Origin: Octopus vulgaris
Lineage: Eukaryota
DNA: 64,000 bases
NCBI GenBank assembly: GCA_951406725.2
Contig: OX597814.1
Location: 40,114,001 to 40,178,000, forward strand
Reading direction: 5' to 3'
A program made the translations under genes and the position numbers. Each line of letters begins with the position of its first letter. Within the stretch, counting starts at the first letter, position 1. Under the pieces are notes generated by a model. It made no database searches, had not been told where the DNA came from, and saw only the letters and a list, made by a program, of their open reading frames with translations. Shown here piece by piece: positions 57,220 through 64,000 of the stretch.

Positions 57220-58660
57220 ACGGTCGTTGTCGTTCTATTCTGCCACTAGTGCTTTGTAGAACGTCATGGTGAAACATCAACCCATAGCTTTGCCTGAGTG
57301 GCTGAGAGTTCTGAGTATCTAACAGTGCTGATGTTGTACTGTGCCGTTCTCCCGTCTTTCTTTGAGCCACGACTGCAGCGCAGTCACAGAGACAATCGGC
57401 CGCCACACATGGCCAACATTAAAGAAGCGCTGGAGAATAAGCTAATTAAGCATATCATTAGCCAGAGCATACCAAGTCTCTCACTCCGCGGATGGTGTTA
57501 GAAAATATGCCATCTGATCATTGGAAAACTTCCTCTCCACTGCAAGCGAATCATTCGGTTCATTCATGTAACAGGATAAGGTACAACTGTGGTGCATTGT
57601 CAACACGTTCAGATGGTAATAGATGACAGATATAATGTAAGCATTCACCACTCCGGATGGTCCATCAGGAATAATTTACTTTTATCCATATCTGGATGAG
57701 GATAGGCGCACTGCACGTCACTGCTTCCCAGTACCTGTCTCCCTCGAAGTCAAAACCAAACCGAAACCTAAGCATTTTCACTCATCCGCCCCTCCAGAAC
57801 ACCGGAGCGCTAATGGATAGGATGATGCTACTACTCTCGGTGCTCCTCACATCTCGAGTTGCGTTGTTTACCTCTATATAATACGCGTCTGACATTATTA
57901 TGTTGATGCGGTCCGTATATGGAAACACGAATCCTCCACACCTTCCTTCTCGATGATGTTTCCTGGAAACATCCAGCTTCAGCAGAAGTAGTTCTAGACT
58001 GAGTACATACAGAAGTGTAGGAAGTGGGCATTCCGGATGGACGGAGCACGTGAAACTAAACGGTTTCGAAAAGTGGTCACCGAGTAAATGACGCTGTGCA
58101 ATGTGGATACCCAGTTTCTGAAAACGGATCCGAAATAAGCCTCATTCAGGACCACCGGCAAGTATTGATGGTCAACCTTATAAAATCCTCTTGACTGATC
58201 AGTGCCCCATCCACTCCGCTTTATTTAATTAGCATTTCTATAATGTTACGTGATATGTAGGATATTGTATGGCTAGTCACTGTGCCTCACATACTGGAGT
58301 ATCGAATAAAAGTCCCAGCCTATTTATTAACACTGTACTAAAATCTTCAATTCTGCATTTAACAGGATTATTTGCCTAAAGATTTAAAACTCAACCCACC
58401 TTGGTCAGGACCTTTCTCAACAGAGTCACTTTCATTTCTTTTCGCAGTACAGGGTATTATCAAGTTCTGTTGCTAGTTGTAGGAGACAACTGACATGAGC
58501 CGTTCTAACAAATCTCATAGGGCGACCACACAGCCCGACAAATTCACAAACATGCTGCCCGTTATTGCTTCCCTTACTACGTCAGCTGTTAACAGTTTTT
58601 CGCTGAACAAAGTATCCCCTGGTAAGAAACGTAGCACTCATCAAAGTAGACGGTTAAATT
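57220..58660 (-). mobile_element. 5' region of an R4/Dong-like LINE
   Basis: 58178-58297 is the reverse complement of 58987-59108, the 5' start of the neighbouring Dong-like element; GC-richer decayed coding sequence follows. Confidence 0.55.
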
Positions 58661-58748
58661 ACGAATTATAAATGTGTTGACATTGTGCCTTTACTATAAG
58701 GGACTATCGAACTGCTTTCGAACGTTCATGCCTTACAGCACGCGCTGC

Positions 58749-58785
58749 AATAATAATAATAATAATAATAATAATGATAATAATA

Positions 58786-58846
<61 letters not shown>

Positions 58847-58905
58847 TGATGATGATGATGATAATAATAATAATAATGATGATGATGATAATAATAATAA
58901 TAATG

Positions 58906-58937
<32 letters not shown>

Positions 58938-58986
58938 GATGATGATGAAGATGATGATGATGCTGATGATGATAATAATAATAATA
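58749..58986. repeat. (AAT)n/(GAT)n microsatellite
   Basis: Read directly from the sequence. Confidence 0.97.
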
Positions 58987-60494
58987 CCAGTATGTGAGGG
59001 ACAGTTACTAGCCAAACAATGTCCTACATATTACGTCACATTATAGAAAGGGTAAGTAAATAAAGCGGAGTGGATGGGGCACTGATCAGTCAAGGGGATT
59101 GTTATAGGAGAGTTCGTGCAGTCCTGAAATCTGAACTAAATGCACGTAACAAGGTGTTAGCTATACATTCCTTAGCAGTTCCAGTTGTTATTTATAGCTA
59201 CAATGTGTTTAACTGGAATTTGAGTGAAGTAAAGAATATAGATAGGAAAATACGCAAGCAGCTGAGTTGTAATAGGATGCACCACCCAAAGGCAGACGTA
59301 GATCGCCTTTACCTCCACAGAGCCCAAGGAGGTTGAGGCCTGATCCAATTTGAACTAGCTTACAAAACAACCACAATTGGACTGGCCAAATATCTTGAAA
59401 TAACGAATGACTGGATACTAAAGCTCGTGGAAAATCACGAGAGACGAAAGAAGTTTCATTCTATCATAAAGGAAAGCTAAAAAAATTGCTATTGACCTCG
59501 TGCAGGATACCCAAACTGAACAACCCGAGGGAAGTACGGCAACTATTGTTGCAAAGAAGGTGGAAATAATGGCAACGAAAAAAGCGCACGAACAATTGGC
59601 TGATAGGTGGGAGGAGAAACCTCTACACGGCAAATATGTTGCCCGTAGCAAACAAGCTGATGTTGACCAGAAGCAAACCCGTTAGTGGCTACGGAGCTCA
59701 GGGCTAAAAGCAGAGAGCGAAGGTTTCATCCTGGCTGCTCAAGATCAAAGCCTATTAACCCGGAACTACCAGGCCAATGTGATAAAAAATGGAGCAAACC
59801 CAAAATGCCGATTCTGCAACGACATGATTGAAACAGTGGACCACCTAATCTCTGGATGTAAAGTCTTAGCCCCAGTGGAGTATAAATTAAAACTTGACAG
59901 AGTTGGCCAATATCTACACTGGCTAATAAGTCGGCATTACAATATCAAAACTGCCGAGAAAATGTAACGATTCTGTGGGACTTTCCAGTACATACAGACC
60001 GAACCATCAAAGCCAATAAAACGGATATTGTTGTGAAAAACCAAAACAATAAAGTTTACTTATTGATCGACATGAGCATCCCCTTTGATCATAATATCTC
60101 GGCGAAAGAGTGTGACAAGCTCAGAAAATATAAAGACCTGCTCATTGAAATTGAGAAAATGTGGCATCTCAAGGCGGTTACAATACCAGTCATCGTAGGA
60201 GTACTAGGAAAGTTCAAGAAGGAAACCGATAATTATATGAGAATGATCCATGGCTTACCATCCCTGCAAGAAGTACGTAAGATTGCCTTAACTGGTACAT
60301 CACACGTATTGAGAAGAGCATTGTCGATGTAAGAACTATTACTACCCATGTATTTTAATTTAACCTTTAAAAAAATGAACGAACTAGTGAGTTTAGTTTA
60401 ACGGCCTACCAATGTATACTATGAGTTTCTTTGCCCTAGGAGTCGGGAAGACACTCGGCAAGAAATGGAAGCAAATTTGAAAGAAGAAGAAAAC

Positions 60495-60497
<3 letters not shown>
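58987..60497 (+). mobile_element. Internally deleted R4/Dong-like RLE LINE inserted in (AAT)n
   Basis: YRRVRAVLKSELNARNK, MHHPKADVDRLY, CRFC...H...C, NKTDIVV...LLIDMSIP...KLRKY, LTGTSHVLRRALSM*; (AAT)n on both sides; RT core absent. Confidence 0.9.
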
Positions 60498-60554
<57 letters not shown>

Positions 60555-60589
60555 TAATAATAATAATGATAATAATAATAATAATAATG

Positions 60590-60647
<58 letters not shown>

Positions 60648-60648
<1 letters not shown>

Positions 60649-61180
60649 TGGAAGTGTTATCATGTACATTTGGAAGTGTTATCATGTACATTGTTTTGTC
60701 TTGGTATAAAAGATGGGCTACAGCAAATATTATGCTCAATACCACAGATTTGCTTGTCAGTTGTTTGACCTTAACTAGTTGAGCATGTCCCTTAGTGGCT
60801 GACGATATGTGCATCTCTGATCACGAGCAGAAGTAGTGGGAGAGCATCATAGCCATGTGTTGAGAGGGATTCTTTGGGGTTTGAATAGTACACCTCTGGA
60901 AACATGGGTGGTTCTTTCAACATCCTTAAACAACCCTTATTCAGGGACCGTTTGAGGGAATGGGCTACTCAACCTAAAGAAAATTCTAAGTGGGCCCCAC
61001 CTGCAAGGTCATGTGCTGTTTATCTTGATACGAGATCACCATGTCGCGCACATATGGTTGTGATGCATGTGCCTGGTGTACCTTTATCAGACGGTTTGTC
61101 ATGATGGGCATATTGGGCTTCGTATATTTTACCCCAGTGTCACTTTGATGGCATGAACTGCTCTCTCACTCAATGATAAT
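60648..61180. mobile_element. Non-coding (AAT)n-associated interspersed repeat, best-preserved copy
   Basis: Flanked by AAT repeats; begins with a tandem ttggaagtgttatcatgtacat duplication; homologues at 13440 and 17868. Confidence 0.75.
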
Positions 61181-61359
61181 AAAAATAAATGCAGTTAATA
61201 CGTGCGTGATAATATCACTTCGCTACGGATCGGGAATTATAAAATGGCAAATGCGAAGTGAAGATGGATAGCAATGCTTGATATATATTGCCTGTACATG
61301 TAGTCATTAACCTATGAGTGACACTGATACGCTGTTCTTATCCAGAAAAAAATGGATGG

Positions 61360-62340
61360 GAGATGTTTAATCAGTTGCCCTGGCTGTATCGAAGTAGAGG
61401 AAAACAGCCTAGTATGGTATATAAAAATGCCATATAGTCAGTTTTGAAACACACGAAGAAGGCGGCATCATCAAAACTGAAAAGTGTGTAATTAAAGCAA
61501 AATTTAAATAAAAACAAAAACGAATAAAAAAAAAATAAAAGGCATGGAATGAAAAGAAAATATACGGTCAATTTGCAAGAGAGGTAAACGCCAAGACAGA
61601 TGCAGAGGACCTGAAAATAGAGACAGAAGCACTTACATGCGCAGCTCAGAAAGAAGCGTTTAGGACCAACTATATGAAGTGCGGCATAGACAACGCTACT
61701 GAGAGCGACAAATGCAGAATGTGAAATCAGAACTTTGAAACGGTATGACACATCGTTAGCGAATTCCTGAAATTGGCACAATGTGAGTAGAAAAGACGCC
61801 ATGACAATGTGCCAAGAATTATCAATTGGGATATCGAAGGAAGCCACAAAGAGCAAATACATAGTATGGGCAAACTCCACAAGGAATCACTGAAAATGAG
61901 AATTGAAAAACACTGTGGGAGGCAATGATCCAGTGCGATTACCCAACCACACATCGAAAACCGGACATTATTGTAGTGAATGAAAAAAGATCATCATCGA
62001 CAGATCTTGCCCAGGTGTCAAATGGATCACTGTGACAGAAGAATAAAGATCTATGATTATTTGAAGTGGGAAATAAGAAGTTTGTGGTAAATGAGGAGAG
62101 TAGACATGATATCAATAGTAATTGGAGCACTTGGGAGTATCAACACTCACATTCCAATATCGCTGAAAATCATTGCTGCTAGTGTGGAGGTAGAACACGT
62201 ACAAAAATCAAGATTTCTTGGAACTGCAAGAATTCTTCGCAGGGTTTTTGAAGCATGACCAATATAGAAGTGTCACCTTAGTCTGCTGGGTGCAAACATC
62301 ATACCCAGCAAAATAAGCAGTCAGTTTTAATATAATAACG
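61360..62340 (+). mobile_element. R4/Dong-like RLE LINE 3' fragment
   Basis: DLKIETEALTCAAQ...DKCRM, HRKPDIIVV, IVIGALG, LGTARILRRVFEA*. Confidence 0.82.
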
Positions 62341-62341
62341 G

Positions 62342-62646
<305 letters not shown>

Positions 62647-63804
62647 GCCGTGTTCTTCACTGCCTTGACATGTATGTAGCTGAAGATACAGAAATACTAA
62701 TACAACCCAGTAGGACAACTGAAAATATAACAGACTAGAATATATACAGTTTTCTGAGAGCATTTTGAATTTCCCTCAAAATAAGTTAAAGAAATTATAT
62801 ATCTACACCTTTGGACATACAAACAAACACCTAAAATTTTAGAAACTAATATATCTAATTTTGTGTGAACATCTTGTCTTCCCTGCTTCTCTAACTAACA
62901 GAATATGTAAACATGCCTATTATTGTAACCACACAATTAAAATGCACGATAAAAAATTTTAGAAATTAAGCACCTGTCAATATATACATACTGCATAACT
63001 ACAAAAGCTGTAAACAACAGCATAACTTTCAAGAAGAAATGAAATATTCCAAAAGAAAAAGAAATTCAGAAATTCAAAAATCCAACGAGGTGAACATGCC
63101 TTCCTTCTACAATTCCTAAAGACTGGAATATCTACAATTTCCAGTGAATATTTTAATTCTCCTTCAAAATAAGTTTAAAAACTTGCATACCTATAGCTTT
63201 TGAACACATAAACGATCAGACTGAAAAAAAACAGAAAGAAAATTTTAATATCTACGACTACTGTGTGAATATTTATCCTTTCCTCTCTCCCTGAGTATTC
63301 GGAAATTTAAACAACATCCTCCGTTTTTGTTCTAAGAACTCTACCATTTCTCTCTGTGCGGTAATACAAAAGACCATATGAAGTTAATCTTAAAATTTTA
63401 CTATTATATTCTTACATTTTGACTCTCCTCGATTATTCGAAAATGTAAACATCCTACTGTATTCTCCAATGTATGTATATTCATATATATATATATATAT
63501 GTTTGTGTGTACATATAATATTTTTTGTACCAGTAATTACAAATATAACAGGTTCAGTTGCTTCTTTTCAAGGTAGCGCTCTCAGGTTTAAGTGGCCACT
63601 GGTAGTAGTGAAAACATTTAACTCCTACTGATATAAAAGATGCGAAAATTCCTTTGTTTCTATGGCGGACCACCCCAACATAAGTCGAATCTATTTATAG
63701 ATCTGTAGTGTATCTTCTATTCACCAAAGTGATATACACCTAGTTCCTCAAACAATGGTAGTTATGGTGATAGCTATAAAAATAAAAATTATAATAATAA
63801 TATG

Positions 63805-63945
63805 CTTGGCTGTGTGGTAAGTAGCTTGCTTACCAACCACATGGTTCCAGGTTCAGTCCCACTGCGTGGCACCTTGGGCAAGTGTATTCTACTATAGCCT
63901 CGGGCCGACCAAAGCCTTGTGATTGGATTTGGTAGACGGAGACTG
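63805..63945 (+). mobile_element. SINE family A, 5' part
   Basis: tggctgtgtggtaag...ggttcagtccc...accttgggcaagt. Confidence 0.88.
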
Positions 63946-64000
63946 ATGATGATGATGATGATGATGACGACGACGACGATGATGATGGTGATGGTGACGG

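Noticed and set aside
62760-63470. Diverged direct repeats
   Set aside because: Most likely stacked LINE 3' UTR remnants; no regular repeat-spacer structure, and CRISPR is implausible in this eukaryotic context.

Overview
AT-rich, microsatellite-dense animal genomic DNA. The SINE and repeat families suggest an octopus or other coleoid cephalopod; this is recognised from memory, not searched. The ORF track misses the one host gene: a minus-strand, six-exon secreted CAP/CRISP-family gene (ATG at 31705, last exon found at 1673-1585, continuing beyond position 1). It has a signal peptide, a TATA box, a GC-AG intron and a hinge that has lost one whole disulfide pair. The rest is nested, decayed transposons: Tc1, mariner, hAT-Buster, Helitron, R4/Dong-like RLE LINEs sitting in (AAT)n, two CR1 LINEs, RTE, L1/Tx1-like pieces, a Penelope GIY-YIG fragment and tRNA SINEs. 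The most unusual feature is a tRNA-headed SINE-like element, in two copies, whose tail carries a minimal type-I hammerhead ribozyme and which has a Penelope-style inverted partial copy at its 5' end. Several other hammerhead motifs occur in Penelope-type terminal-repeat remnants. TE boundaries are approximate unless TSDs or TIRs are given.
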